A DNA stretch of 64,000 nucleotides, taken from Clostridiaceae bacterium. Lineage in GTDB: Bacteria > Bacillota > Clostridia > Saccharofermentanales > DTU023. The stretch's first letter is position 1; the number at the start of each line of letters is the position of its first letter. The stretch is taken from contig JAAYRJ010000052.1 of the NCBI GenBank assembly GCA_012518845.1, positions 14,381 through 78,380 on the forward strand. The letters are read 5' to 3'. Below the pieces are notes generated by a model, which saw only the letters and a list, made by a program, of their open reading frames with translations, did not search any database and was not told where the DNA came from. The position numbers and the translations under genes are program-made. This document shows, in pieces, positions 29,100 to 38,584 of the stretch.

Positions 29100-30980
29100 A
29101 TGAATTTATTACAATCCAAAACGAAAGAAGTAGCGCAATCTATTTTACCTATAGTTATTTTTGTAGGGATATTATCAATGGCTTTTGTTCGGGTAGACTT
29201 TCCCGTCGTCCAAAGATTTTTTATCGCTTCAATTTTAGTCTTTTTAGGTTTATCTATTTTTCTTTGGGGCATTGATCAAAGTATGGAACCAATTGGTTAC
29301 CATATGGCACATGAAATAGCTACGTCTAAAAGCCTAGGTAAAACCGTTATTTTGAGCTTTTTACTAGGGTTTTTGATCACAATTGCAGAACCAGATATTT
29401 TGATTTTAGCAAATCAGGTTGAAAGTGCTTCTGGAGGTACTCTAGCTGCAGATTTTTTAGTCCGAATGATTTCAGTTGGAGTTGGTGTGATGATTTCCAT
29501 TGCCTCTATTAGACTATTATCTGGTTTTAAATATAATGTTATGATGACCATAGTCTATATCATTATCTTTATACTTGGTCTAAAAGTATCTGAAGAATTT
29601 TTGGCTATCTCAGTTGATGCCTCTGGTGCAACTACTGGTGCTTTAACTACACCCTTTGTGCTTGCAATTTCTGTAGGCCTATCAAGAATTAAAGGTGGAA
29701 AATCATCCGAAGAAGATTCTTTTGGGATGGTTGGTGCAATGAGTGCAGGTCCAATCCTTGCAGTCATGTTAATTTCTATTATCTCTGGGCAAACTAATAT
29801 TCATGGACAGGCAGAACCTTTTATTTTGTCAGATCAAGTTTTTGCTCCATTTATTGCAGACTTTAAAGTGACTTTTGTGGACTCAATATTTGCTTTATTA
29901 CCAATCACAGCCTTGTTTTTTATCTTTAATGCTTTCAAGTTTAAAGTTAGTCGTTCAGAGCTGATTCGAATAATTCGTGGTTTAGTATATACATTATTAG
30001 GTTTAACTTTGTTCTTAGTTGGTGCCCATACTGGTTTTATGGATATGGGGCGTGTGCTTGGAGCTAGTCTTGCTGATTCATATCTTCCCTATATGCCTTT
30101 CATAGGCTTATTGCTTGGAATGTTTGTTGTTTTAGCCGAACCGGCAGTTCATGTTTTAGGGGAGCAGGTAGAAGATGTCACAGCTGGTAATATCAAAGAC
30201 AGTGTTTTGAGGACGACTTTGTCAATGGGGGTGGGTGTAGCCATTGCCTTATCTATGATAAAAATTATGGTTCCTGAAGTCAGACTTTGGTATTTTCTTT
30301 TACCAGGCTTTGCAATCTCTATCATTCTTTCTTATTTCGTTGATCCTGTTTTTGTTGGGATTGCATTTGATGCCGGTGGTGTTGCATCTGGTCCTATGGC
30401 AGCAACATTTGTCATGGCGTTTGCTCAGGGTGCAGCAGATAGTGTGCCAACTGCCGATGTTCTTAAAGATGGCTTTGGAGTTATTGCCATGATCGCAATG
30501 ACGCCAGTATTAAGTGTTATGGTTTTAGGCTCAATTAATAAGATTCAAATGATTCGCACCCAAAAAGTTAAGGATGAAGTCGATCATTCTGAAATCTTTG
30601 AGGTATGTACGATCGATAAAGATTCCGATCAAAAACTCCATGATTTAATTTTTTGTGTAATTGATCGTGGTTTTACAGAAGAAGTGATTGATCTTGCTCG
30701 TTCAGTAGGAGCAAGAGGTGCAACCATTTTACATGGACGTGATGCTAGGACAGGTACTTGGCTTAGTTCCTCTTTGAATATAGAGAAAGAAAAAGAAATT
30801 ATTTGGTTAATTGTTGATGGCGATTTAACTAGAAAAGTCAGCAAAACTTTATTGGAAGCCTCAGAAGAAGAAGACAGCCATATTGTATCAATCTTTTCAT
30901 TGCCTATTACTGATGTAAAAGGTATACCAACCGAAAACTTAAAAACAAATAATGAAAATGTAGACATAATCGTCCAATAA
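29100..30980 (+). CDS. Fused double DUF1538 membrane domain with a C-terminal PII-like domain
   Basis: There is an internal duplication: LGLSIFLWG...FLITIAEPDILILANQVE versus LGLTLFLVG...FVVLAEPAVHVLGEQVE. The C-terminal module is LIFCVIDRGFTEEVIDLARSVGARGATILHGRD...IVSIFSLPI. Confidence 0.65.
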   Translation: MNLLQSKTKEVAQSILPIVIFVGILSMAFVRVDFPVVQRFFIASILVFLGLSIFLWGIDQSMEPIGYHMAHEIATSKSLGKTVILSFLLGFLITIAEPDILILANQVESASGGTLAADFLVRMISVGVGVMISIASIRLLSGFKYNVMMTIVYIIIFILGLKVSEEFLAISVDASGATTGALTTPFVLAISVGLSRIKGGKSSEEDSFGMVGAMSAGPILAVMLISIISGQTNIHGQAEPFILSDQVFAPFIADFKVTFVDSIFALLPITALFFIFNAFKFKVSRSELIRIIRGLVYTLLGLTLFLVGAHTGFMDMGRVLGASLADSYLPYMPFIGLLLGMFVVLAEPAVHVLGEQVEDVTAGNIKDSVLRTTLSMGVGVAIALSMIKIMVPEVRLWYFLLPGFAISIILSYFVDPVFVGIAFDAGGVASGPMAATFVMAFAQGAADSVPTADVLKDGFGVIAMIAMTPVLSVMVLGSINKIQMIRTQKVKDEVDHSEIFEVCTIDKDSDQKLHDLIFCVIDRGFTEEVIDLARSVGARGATILHGRDARTGTWLSSSLNIEKEKEIIWLIVDGDLTRKVSKTLLEASEEEDSHIVSIFSLPITDVKGIPTENLKTNNENVDIIVQ

Positions 30981-31001
30981 ATTCAAGAAATATTTATCTG
31001 A

Positions 31002-31040
31002 TTAGAAAAGGCTCTCTTAAAATGGAGAGCCTATTTCTAA
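31002..31040. terminator. Hairpin between the convergent DUF1538 gene and purL
   Basis: TTAGAAAAGGCTCTC / GAGAGCCTATTTCTAA pair with one bulge around an 8-nt loop. Confidence 0.45.
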
Positions 31041-31074
31041 AATGCAATTAAAATATAATTAGAAAAAATATAAT

Positions 31075-34000
31075 CTACTTAAAGTAATCAACAGCGGATT
31101 TAAATAATCCAAGATCATATTCACCGACGACATTTTTATACAAATGCTTGCCAATTCTTTCGCTATGTCCCATCTTTCCAAAAATTCTACCATCTGGTGA
31201 AGTAATACCTTCAATAGCATAAATGGAGCCGCTTGGATTGTATTCTATTTCATAAGATGGTTTACCAGCCATATCTACATATTGTGTGGCAATTTGACCG
31301 TTTTTGATTAATTCATTTAATGTTGCTTCATCTGCTATAAATCTTCCCTCGCTATGAGCTATTGGTACTTGATAAATTTTGCCAAGCTCCGCATTTGCTA
31401 ACCAAGCTGACTTATTTGAGACAACTTTTGTTCGCACAATTTTTGATTGATGGCGCTGGATTGTATTATAGGTGAGAGTAGGTGCGTTAGGTTTTAGGTC
31501 AACAAATTTACCATAGGGGAGTAAACCCAGTTTGATTAAAGCTTGAAAGCCGTTGCCAATTCCCAAAATTAGGCCATCTCTATTTTCTAATAAATCTTCT
31601 ATTGCCAACCTTATTTGAGGTTTACGTAGGAAGGTTGTAATAAATTTTGCTGCACCTTCAGGTTCGTCACCTGCAGATGCCCCGCCAGAAAGAAAAATAA
31701 TTTGACTTTCCTTAATTTTTTGAGTCAGTTTTTGCACAGATTCTTGAATAGAGTTAGGTTTTAAGTTTTTGATAATGAAAATCTCAGGTTCAGCACCTGC
31801 TTGAAGCCAAGCTTTTGCAGCTTCATATTCACCATTTGTACCTGGAAATACAGGTAATAATACTTTTGGATTTTCAATTGTTACATTAGCTTTTAAAGTT
31901 TCATTTAGCTTGCAAGAGATCTCTGGAATGGATGTTTTGTTTTCTGGAGCTTTTGTCCTAAACACAGATTCTAATTTATTTTCATACAGTTTTTCTAACT
32001 CATCGATTTCCAGAATTGTGTTTTGGAAGCTGAGCTGATATTTGCCCGTTGTTTGTCCTAGCTTTTTTACAACAAATTGCTCACTGTTGAAAGCAGATAA
32101 ATCTAATGTGTCTTTGAGCTCTATCACAAAAGATCCATAATTATATTTAAATAGCTCTGTTTGACAAATGTCTTGCTCAAATTCAAAACCAACTCGGTTC
32201 CCAAGTGTCATTTTAAAAATTGCTTCAGCAATACCGCCATGTCCAGGCGTATATGCCGCTAAAACTTCACCATCCCTAATTGCATTGACTATATATTCAA
32301 ACAATGCTAATTGTGAAATTTTTTCAGGTAAATTATTATTTTCAAATGGTTCTAATACATAGACTTGATGCTCTGGCTTTTTAAATTCTGGCGATATAAT
32401 ATTTTTAGAATAATCTGTTGTCACAGCAAAGGAAACTAATGTAGGTGGAACGTCTAAATGCTCAAATGAGCCACTCATGGAGTCTTTACCGCCAATAGCC
32501 GCAATTTTATAATCCATTTGCGCTTGGAAAGCACCTAGCAAGGCAGCAAAAGGCTTACCCCAACGTTTGGGATCATTTTCTAGTCGTTCAAAATATTCTT
32601 GAAAGGTTAGGTAAATTTCATTAAGATCTGAACCTGCCGCTATCAGCTTAGCTATTGATTCCACTACAGCTAAGTAAGCACCGTGATAGGGACTTTTTTC
32701 TGATATATAAGGATTAAAGCCAAAGGCCATTAAAGAACAATTTTCTGTTTCATGGTTTTCAACTGAAATTTGATGTGCCATTGCTTGAATGGGAGTTCTT
32801 TGGTATTTCCCTCCATAAGGCATCAAAATTGTACCAGCCCCTGCAGTAGAATCAAATTGTTCTGCCAGACCACGTTTTGAGCAAACATTTAAATCAGTTA
32901 CTAAACCTTCCATATTTGCTTTAAAATCAGATTGGGGTGCAGATTTTTGATAAGTCTGAGGCTTAACAGTTTCAATCTGAATATGTTTTTGAGCACCGTT
33001 GGAATCCATAAATTCACGTGAAAGATCAACTATTTTTTGATCGCGCCAATGCATTACTAGGCGTGGCTCTTCAGTAACTACTGCAATTACTGTTGCTTCA
33101 ACATTTTCACTTTCTGCTAACTTAATAAAACGATCTGCATCTTCTGGAGCTACGACAACAGCTAACCTTTCTTGGGATTCGCTAATTGCTAATTCGGTCC
33201 CATCTAAACCTTTGTATTTTGTTGGAACCAGATCCAAATTAATTTTCAGCCCAGCTGCTAGTTCACCAACTGCCACCGAGACACCACCTGCTCCAAAGTC
33301 ATTGCAACGTTTTATTAATTGTGAAACTTGTTTATTTCTAAACAATCTTTGCAATTTTCTTTCTTCTGGCGCATTACCTTTTTGTACTTCTGCACCTGAA
33401 GTTTCAAATGAGTCGACAGTATGTGATTTTGAAGAGCCTGTAGCTCCACCAAGACCATCACGTCCTGTTCTGCCACCTATTAAAATTACGACATCATCTG
33501 CAACTGGAGTTTCGCGTCTGACATTTTCTGCTGGGGTTGCAGCTACAACAGCACCAATTTCCATTCTTTTAGCCGCATAGCCAGGATGATATAATTCAGC
33601 AACTTTGCCGGTAGCAAGACCAATTTGGTTACCGTAGGAACTGTAGCCATCGGCAGCAACGGTGGTAATTTTTCTTTGTGGTAACTTTCCTTCAAATACA
33701 GGTTTATTATCTAAGGGATTAGCTGCCCCAGTTACACGCATGGCAGCGTAAACATATGAACGTCCAGATAAAGGATCTCTAATAGCACCACCCAGACAAG
33801 TTGCTGCTCCACCAAAAGGCTCAATTTCGGTTGGGTGATTATGGGTTTCATTTTTAAATAATAATAGCCATTCTTCTAGCTCACCATTTATTTCAATATC
33901 GATTTTCACCGTACAAGCATTAATTTCATCAGAAACATCAAGCTTGTCTAATTGACCATTTTCTCTTAAGAATTTTGCTACAATCGTACCAAGATCCATT

Positions 34001-34791
34001 AAAGTAATAGGTTTTTCACGCTTTAATTTTGATCTAACCTCAAGGTATTCTTGATAAGAATTTTCAAGCAGCTCATCTTCGAAAGTAACTTTATCAATAT
34101 TTGTCAAAAAGGTAGTATGACGACAATGATCAGACCAGTAGGTATCGATAACTCTAATTTCAGTTAGAGTAGGATTGCGTTTTTCATTCTTAAAATAATC
34201 TTGACAGAATAACAAATCGTCAAGGTCCATTGCTAATTCATATTTGTCCAAAAACTGATTTAAACCTGTTTTGTCTAAATTAATAAAATCTTGTAAAACT
34301 TCGACATTTGCCGGTTCTTCGTACTTAAGTTGTAGAGTTTCATACTCTCCTAGTCTAGCTTCTCTAGATTCGATAGGATTAATAATATGTTCTTTAATAG
34401 CGACGAGGTTTTCTTGTGTAAGATCACCACTCAATACATAAACTTTTGCAAACCGAACTAGCGGTTTTTCTGTTTGAGTTACAAGTTGTATACACTCAGC
34501 AGCAAAATCAGCTCTTTGATCATATTGACCCGGTAATAGTTCTACTACAAAAACATAATCCGTATGATCATACTCTAACGTTTCATATACCATATCAACA
34601 GGTGCTTCGGAAAATATTGTTGTTTTTATTGATTCAAAGACTTCCTCTGAGATGTTTTCTACATCATATCGATTGATGATTCGTAAGTTATTGATACCAT
34701 CAATCTCAAGAAGTGATATAATTTCTGATTTAAGAAGTAAAGCTTCTGTAGCTAATTCTTGTTTTTTTTCGGAATATACACGATAGACCAT
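31075..34791 (-). CDS. purL: Large single-chain FGAM synthase (PurS-like + PurL + PurQ-like domains) with a mutated glutaminase nucleophile
   Basis: 1238 aa. ETHNHPT, DFGAGG and GGKDSMSG are synthetase motifs. The C-terminal class I GATase-like domain (about 31075-31869) has GIGNGFQ, AHSEGRF and GHSER. Confidence 0.92.
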   Translation of the reverse strand: MVYRVYSEKKQELATEALLLKSEIISLLEIDGINNLRIINRYDVENISEEVFESIKTTIFSEAPVDMVYETLEYDHTDYVFVVELLPGQYDQRADFAAECIQLVTQTEKPLVRFAKVYVLSGDLTQENLVAIKEHIINPIESREARLGEYETLQLKYEEPANVEVLQDFINLDKTGLNQFLDKYELAMDLDDLLFCQDYFKNEKRNPTLTEIRVIDTYWSDHCRHTTFLTNIDKVTFEDELLENSYQEYLEVRSKLKREKPITLMDLGTIVAKFLRENGQLDKLDVSDEINACTVKIDIEINGELEEWLLLFKNETHNHPTEIEPFGGAATCLGGAIRDPLSGRSYVYAAMRVTGAANPLDNKPVFEGKLPQRKITTVAADGYSSYGNQIGLATGKVAELYHPGYAAKRMEIGAVVAATPAENVRRETPVADDVVILIGGRTGRDGLGGATGSSKSHTVDSFETSGAEVQKGNAPEERKLQRLFRNKQVSQLIKRCNDFGAGGVSVAVGELAAGLKINLDLVPTKYKGLDGTELAISESQERLAVVVAPEDADRFIKLAESENVEATVIAVVTEEPRLVMHWRDQKIVDLSREFMDSNGAQKHIQIETVKPQTYQKSAPQSDFKANMEGLVTDLNVCSKRGLAEQFDSTAGAGTILMPYGGKYQRTPIQAMAHQISVENHETENCSLMAFGFNPYISEKSPYHGAYLAVVESIAKLIAAGSDLNEIYLTFQEYFERLENDPKRWGKPFAALLGAFQAQMDYKIAAIGGKDSMSGSFEHLDVPPTLVSFAVTTDYSKNIISPEFKKPEHQVYVLEPFENNNLPEKISQLALFEYIVNAIRDGEVLAAYTPGHGGIAEAIFKMTLGNRVGFEFEQDICQTELFKYNYGSFVIELKDTLDLSAFNSEQFVVKKLGQTTGKYQLSFQNTILEIDELEKLYENKLESVFRTKAPENKTSIPEISCKLNETLKANVTIENPKVLLPVFPGTNGEYEAAKAWLQAGAEPEIFIIKNLKPNSIQESVQKLTQKIKESQIIFLSGGASAGDEPEGAAKFITTFLRKPQIRLAIEDLLENRDGLILGIGNGFQALIKLGLLPYGKFVDLKPNAPTLTYNTIQRHQSKIVRTKVVSNKSAWLANAELGKIYQVPIAHSEGRFIADEATLNELIKNGQIATQYVDMAGKPSYEIEYNPSGSIYAIEGITSPDGRIFGKMGHSERIGKHLYKNVVGEYDLGLFKSAVDYFK

Positions 34792-34850
34792 ATTTGTCTC
34801 CAGTCTTCATAAAATGTCTGAGCTTACTAAGTATTAGTAATTGCAGTACA

Positions 34851-34879
34851 AATATAACAAACTTTGATAGTGTGAACAA
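34851..34879 (-). promoter_or_regulatory. Putative purL promoter
   Basis: On the minus strand: TTGTTC (34879-34874), 17-nt spacer, TATATT (34856-34851). The leader is about 50 nt with no obvious riboswitch. Confidence 0.3.
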
Positions 34880-34997
34880 TTAAAAAAATTGTTTATAGAG
34901 TTGGATAAATTCAAAAAAACTGTTTAGATTTTTGCTGTTTGGGCAGAAAATAGAAAAGAAAATAGTCTCAAAGCTAAAAAACAGCTAATATACAAAA

Positions 34998-35999
34998 ATG
35001 GGAAAAATAGCACAAAAGTCAAATAAAAGTGGTTTTCAATTGCGACAAGATGCTTCTAAAGCAGAATTCTGGCAAAAGCCGGTTGTATGGCTAACGTGTA
35101 CTTTTATTTGTATTTTTCTCTGGGGGACAGCATTTCCAGCAGTAAAAACTGGCTATGATTTATTTCAAATTGATCAATCAGTGGATAATTCGATAGCCTC
35201 TCTTTTACTTTTTGCTGGTATGAGATTTTCTTTAGCAGGACTTTTAACTATTGTTTTTACAGTAGTATCAGAAAAAAGAAATCCACTACCGCAAAATAGT
35301 AGACAAATAAGAGCAGTATTAATTTTAGCTATCCCTCAAACTATTTTACAATATGGTTTTTTCTTCGTGGGCTTAGCTAATACTTCAGGAACAATTGGTT
35401 CGATTTTGGCTAGCACATCTTCGTTTATAGCCGTTATTTTGGCTAGTTTTTTCTTTAAAGATGAAAAATTAACGAATTATGTAGTATTAGGTTGTGTAGT
35501 AGGATTTGCAGGTGTAGTAACAATTGATTTTCAAGCCGGCGACAATCTTGGTTTCAGTATGATAGGTGATGGAATGATGTTGTTGTCATCAGTAGCGTCA
35601 GCGATTGCAACTAATCTTAGCAAAAAATTAACAGAATTTTCACATCCACGCTTGTTAAGCGGTTGGAATTTTTTAGTTGGTGGAATTGTATTAATGTCGG
35701 TAGGTAAAGGTTTTAATGGTGAAGTTAGACCAATCAATATTAGTGCATGGTTAATCCTATTATATTTAGCATTTTTATCTGCAACAGCTTTTTCCTTATG
35801 GACAACCATGCTAAAATACCATGAAGTTGCCAAATTAAGTGTTTTTAAGAGTTTAATTCCAGTTGTTGGAGCGGTTGGCTCTGCTCTAATTTTGAAAGAA
35901 AACATTTTACAACCACGGATAATAATTGCATTAATATTAGTAGTATTAGGGATTTTCTTAGTTAATTATAAAAAGCCAAGTGCAGGAGGAGAAAGATGA
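34998..35999 (+). CDS. EamA/DMT-family transporter (10-TM), first gene of the ask-hom-thrC operon
   Basis: Two EamA-like halves. Its stop overlaps the ask start (ATGA at 35996). Confidence 0.75.
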   Translation: MGKIAQKSNKSGFQLRQDASKAEFWQKPVVWLTCTFICIFLWGTAFPAVKTGYDLFQIDQSVDNSIASLLLFAGMRFSLAGLLTIVFTVVSEKRNPLPQNSRQIRAVLILAIPQTILQYGFFFVGLANTSGTIGSILASTSSFIAVILASFFFKDEKLTNYVVLGCVVGFAGVVTIDFQAGDNLGFSMIGDGMMLLSSVASAIATNLSKKLTEFSHPRLLSGWNFLVGGIVLMSVGKGFNGEVRPINISAWLILLYLAFLSATAFSLWTTMLKYHEVAKLSVFKSLIPVVGAVGSALILKENILQPRIIIALILVVLGIFLVNYKKPSAGGER

Positions 36000-37309
36000 A
36001 AGTAACAAAATTTGGTGGTAGCTCGTGTGCCGAAGCCTCTCAATTCACCAAAGTAAAAGCTATAATTGAAGCAGATCCAGAACGTAAAATAGTTGTGGTT
36101 TCTGCGCCTGGTAAGAGATTTGATGCAGACCATAAGGTAACAGATATGCTCTATCTATGTCATCAGTTTATGGGAATTGGTATTGGTGGGGATGAGGTTT
36201 TTGATTCCATTTGTGAAAGATTTTTATCTATTCAAAATGATTTGGACTTAGATATTGACTTGACTGAGGAATTAGAATCAACACGTAGTATCTTGCAAGC
36301 AGGTGCCTCAGTAGACTACACGGCGAGTCGAGGTGAATATTTCTCTGCAAAACTAATGGCAGCTTATTTGGGTTATCAATTTATTGATGCTGCCGATATA
36401 ATCCGTTTCGATACAAAAAACCAATATGATGAGATAAAAACCAAAGAATTAATCAGGGAAAAAATAGCAGAAGGTAATTATGTGGTGCCAGGTTTCTACG
36501 GTTCAAAGGAAAATGGTGAAATAGTTACTTTTCCTAGGGGTGGTTCAGATATTACTGGATCTATTCTAGCTTCTGCCTTGGGTGTAGACGAATATGAAAA
36601 CTGGACAGATGTTTCAGGATTTTTAGCAGCTGATCCCCGTATTGTTGATAACCCCAAACCACTGAGAATAGTAACTTATGAGGAATTAAGAGAACTAAGT
36701 TATATGGGAGCAAATGTTTTACAAGAAGAATCAATCTTGCCCGCAAGGAAAAGAAACATTCCTATCCATATTTTGAATACTAATTCACCAAGTGATCCAG
36801 GCACTTTGATTTTACCCAGGGCAAAGAGACAAGAAGAGGATTTTGTTGTTACTGGCATTGCAGGTTTGAAAGACTTTATGGTCATAGATGTTGAAAAATA
36901 TCACATGACAGAGGATTTAAGTTTTTTCCGCAAATTATTTTCTGTCTTTGAAGCAAATCGTATTCCAATTCATCATATGCCATCTTCGATTGACCGTGTA
37001 TCTATCATTGTCAAAGAAGAAAATATGAAAGGTCTGGAAAAAAAGATATTAGAAGAAATTGACATTTATTGTTCACCAGATATGATAGAAATCACGGGTG
37101 GCTTGTCACTACTAGCTGTTGTTGGTCAAAACATGGCCTTGCGCTCAGGTGTTGCGGGTAGAGTATTTGGCACTTTAGCTAATGCAGATGTAAACATCCG
37201 GATGATTTCACAAGGTTCTAGTGAACTCAATATTATTGTAGGAGTAGCGAATGAGGATTTCGAAAAATCCATCAGAGCAATTTATAATGAATTTTTTGAG
37301 GAAGATTAA
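35996..37309 (+). CDS. Aspartate kinase (monofunctional, two C-terminal ACT domains)
   Basis: KFGGSS and VVSAPG N-terminus, GGSD motif, ACT-like C-terminus. Confidence 0.9.
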   Translation: MKVTKFGGSSCAEASQFTKVKAIIEADPERKIVVVSAPGKRFDADHKVTDMLYLCHQFMGIGIGGDEVFDSICERFLSIQNDLDLDIDLTEELESTRSILQAGASVDYTASRGEYFSAKLMAAYLGYQFIDAADIIRFDTKNQYDEIKTKELIREKIAEGNYVVPGFYGSKENGEIVTFPRGGSDITGSILASALGVDEYENWTDVSGFLAADPRIVDNPKPLRIVTYEELRELSYMGANVLQEESILPARKRNIPIHILNTNSPSDPGTLILPRAKRQEEDFVVTGIAGLKDFMVIDVEKYHMTEDLSFFRKLFSVFEANRIPIHHMPSSIDRVSIIVKEENMKGLEKKILEEIDIYCSPDMIEITGGLSLLAVVGQNMALRSGVAGRVFGTLANADVNIRMISQGSSELNIIVGVANEDFEKSIRAIYNEFFEED

Positions 37310-38548
37310 ATGAAAATAGCAATACTTGGTTTTGGAACAGTTGGTCAAGGGGTATACAACATACTCACAAAGAGCAAAAAAAATTATCAAGAAAAATTTG
37401 GTGAAGCTGTTGAAGTAGCAAAAATTTTGGTCTACGACGATAACGAAAAAAATGCAATCATCGAAAAACAGATTGTGGAAAATGCAGAACAAGTTTTGAC
37501 ACCAGATTTTGATGAAATTTTAACAGATCCAGAAATAGATCTAACGGTCGAAGTTACAAGCTCAAAAGATAAGGCGATTGAATATATAAGACAAAGTTTA
37601 GCAGCTGGTAAACATGTAACCACTGCAAATAAATCAGCAATTGCAGCAGATTTTATGAATTTACAAGAACTTGCTATCAAGAACAATGTTCATCTTAAAT
37701 TTGAAGCTTCGGTTGGAGGTGGAATTCCAGTATTGGCACCTTTAAGTAGAGTTGTTGCATTTAATGAAATTTCGAAATTGCATGGTATTATCAATTCTTC
37801 TACCAACTATGTCTTAACTGAATTATGTAAAGGTAGAGACCTAGATGAAGTTATGGTCGAGGCACGAGAGCTAGGTATTTTAGAAGCTGATCCAACAGAT
37901 GATGTTGCTGGTTACGATGCTAGGAGAAAATTAGCAATTTTGGCAATGATGATTTTACAAATCGACATTGCAGAAGAAAATGTTTCAAGCTTTGGTATTA
38001 CTCAGGTCGATAGTCATGACACCGAAATTTTACGTGAGCAGGGCTATGACCTTAAATTAATTGCTGAATTATTAAGTGGTGAAGAAGCGGGACTTAAAGA
38101 AAATCAGTTTGCGATTTCTGTGTTCCCAACAGCCATAAAAGACAGTAAGTTTAGCCGTGTTAACGGTATGATGAACGAAGTAGCATTTTTTGGTTCACAC
38201 AGTGGCGAATTACGTTTTTATGGTGCTGGCGGTTCTATGTATCCAACGGCTAATGCTATTGTTTCTGATATTTATGAAATATTAACTACAGAACCGATCT
38301 ACTTTCCAGCTTTGGAAAACTCCTATGAGGATGTCTCAGAAGATATTGAATCATCTTTTTATATTCGTATTCCGGAAAAATTGATGGATGACAAGTCTAT
38401 ATTAGATGAAATTAATAGTCTTGCAGAAAAAGTTATCCAAAATGATAAAGAAGTTATAATCTTTTCTAAAGCAATTTCTAATCAAAAAGCAATAGAGCTT
38501 TTTGAATGTGGTTTACATATCATTCGGATTAATAAAGCGATAGACTAA
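37310..38548 (+). CDS. hom: Homoserine dehydrogenase
   Basis: IAILGFGTVGQGV, ANK, FEASVGGGIP and a C-terminal ACT-like region. Confidence 0.92.
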   Translation: MKIAILGFGTVGQGVYNILTKSKKNYQEKFGEAVEVAKILVYDDNEKNAIIEKQIVENAEQVLTPDFDEILTDPEIDLTVEVTSSKDKAIEYIRQSLAAGKHVTTANKSAIAADFMNLQELAIKNNVHLKFEASVGGGIPVLAPLSRVVAFNEISKLHGIINSSTNYVLTELCKGRDLDEVMVEARELGILEADPTDDVAGYDARRKLAILAMMILQIDIAEENVSSFGITQVDSHDTEILREQGYDLKLIAELLSGEEAGLKENQFAISVFPTAIKDSKFSRVNGMMNEVAFFGSHSGELRFYGAGGSMYPTANAIVSDIYEILTTEPIYFPALENSYEDVSEDIESSFYIRIPEKLMDDKSILDEINSLAEKVIQNDKEVIIFSKAISNQKAIELFECGLHIIRINKAID

Positions 38549-38584
38549 GTACATTAAACAGCACTAGCATGAAGTGGAGAGATT

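Noticed and set aside
34870-34893. A PurR PurBox-like sequence and a 7-5-7 palindrome (AACAATT-AAAAA-AATTGTT, 34875-34893) at the putative purL -35 region.
   Set aside because: Only the GTTC core matches the B. subtilis PurBox. The palindrome is pure A/T-rich sequence, of a kind expected by chance at this composition. I kept it only as a note.
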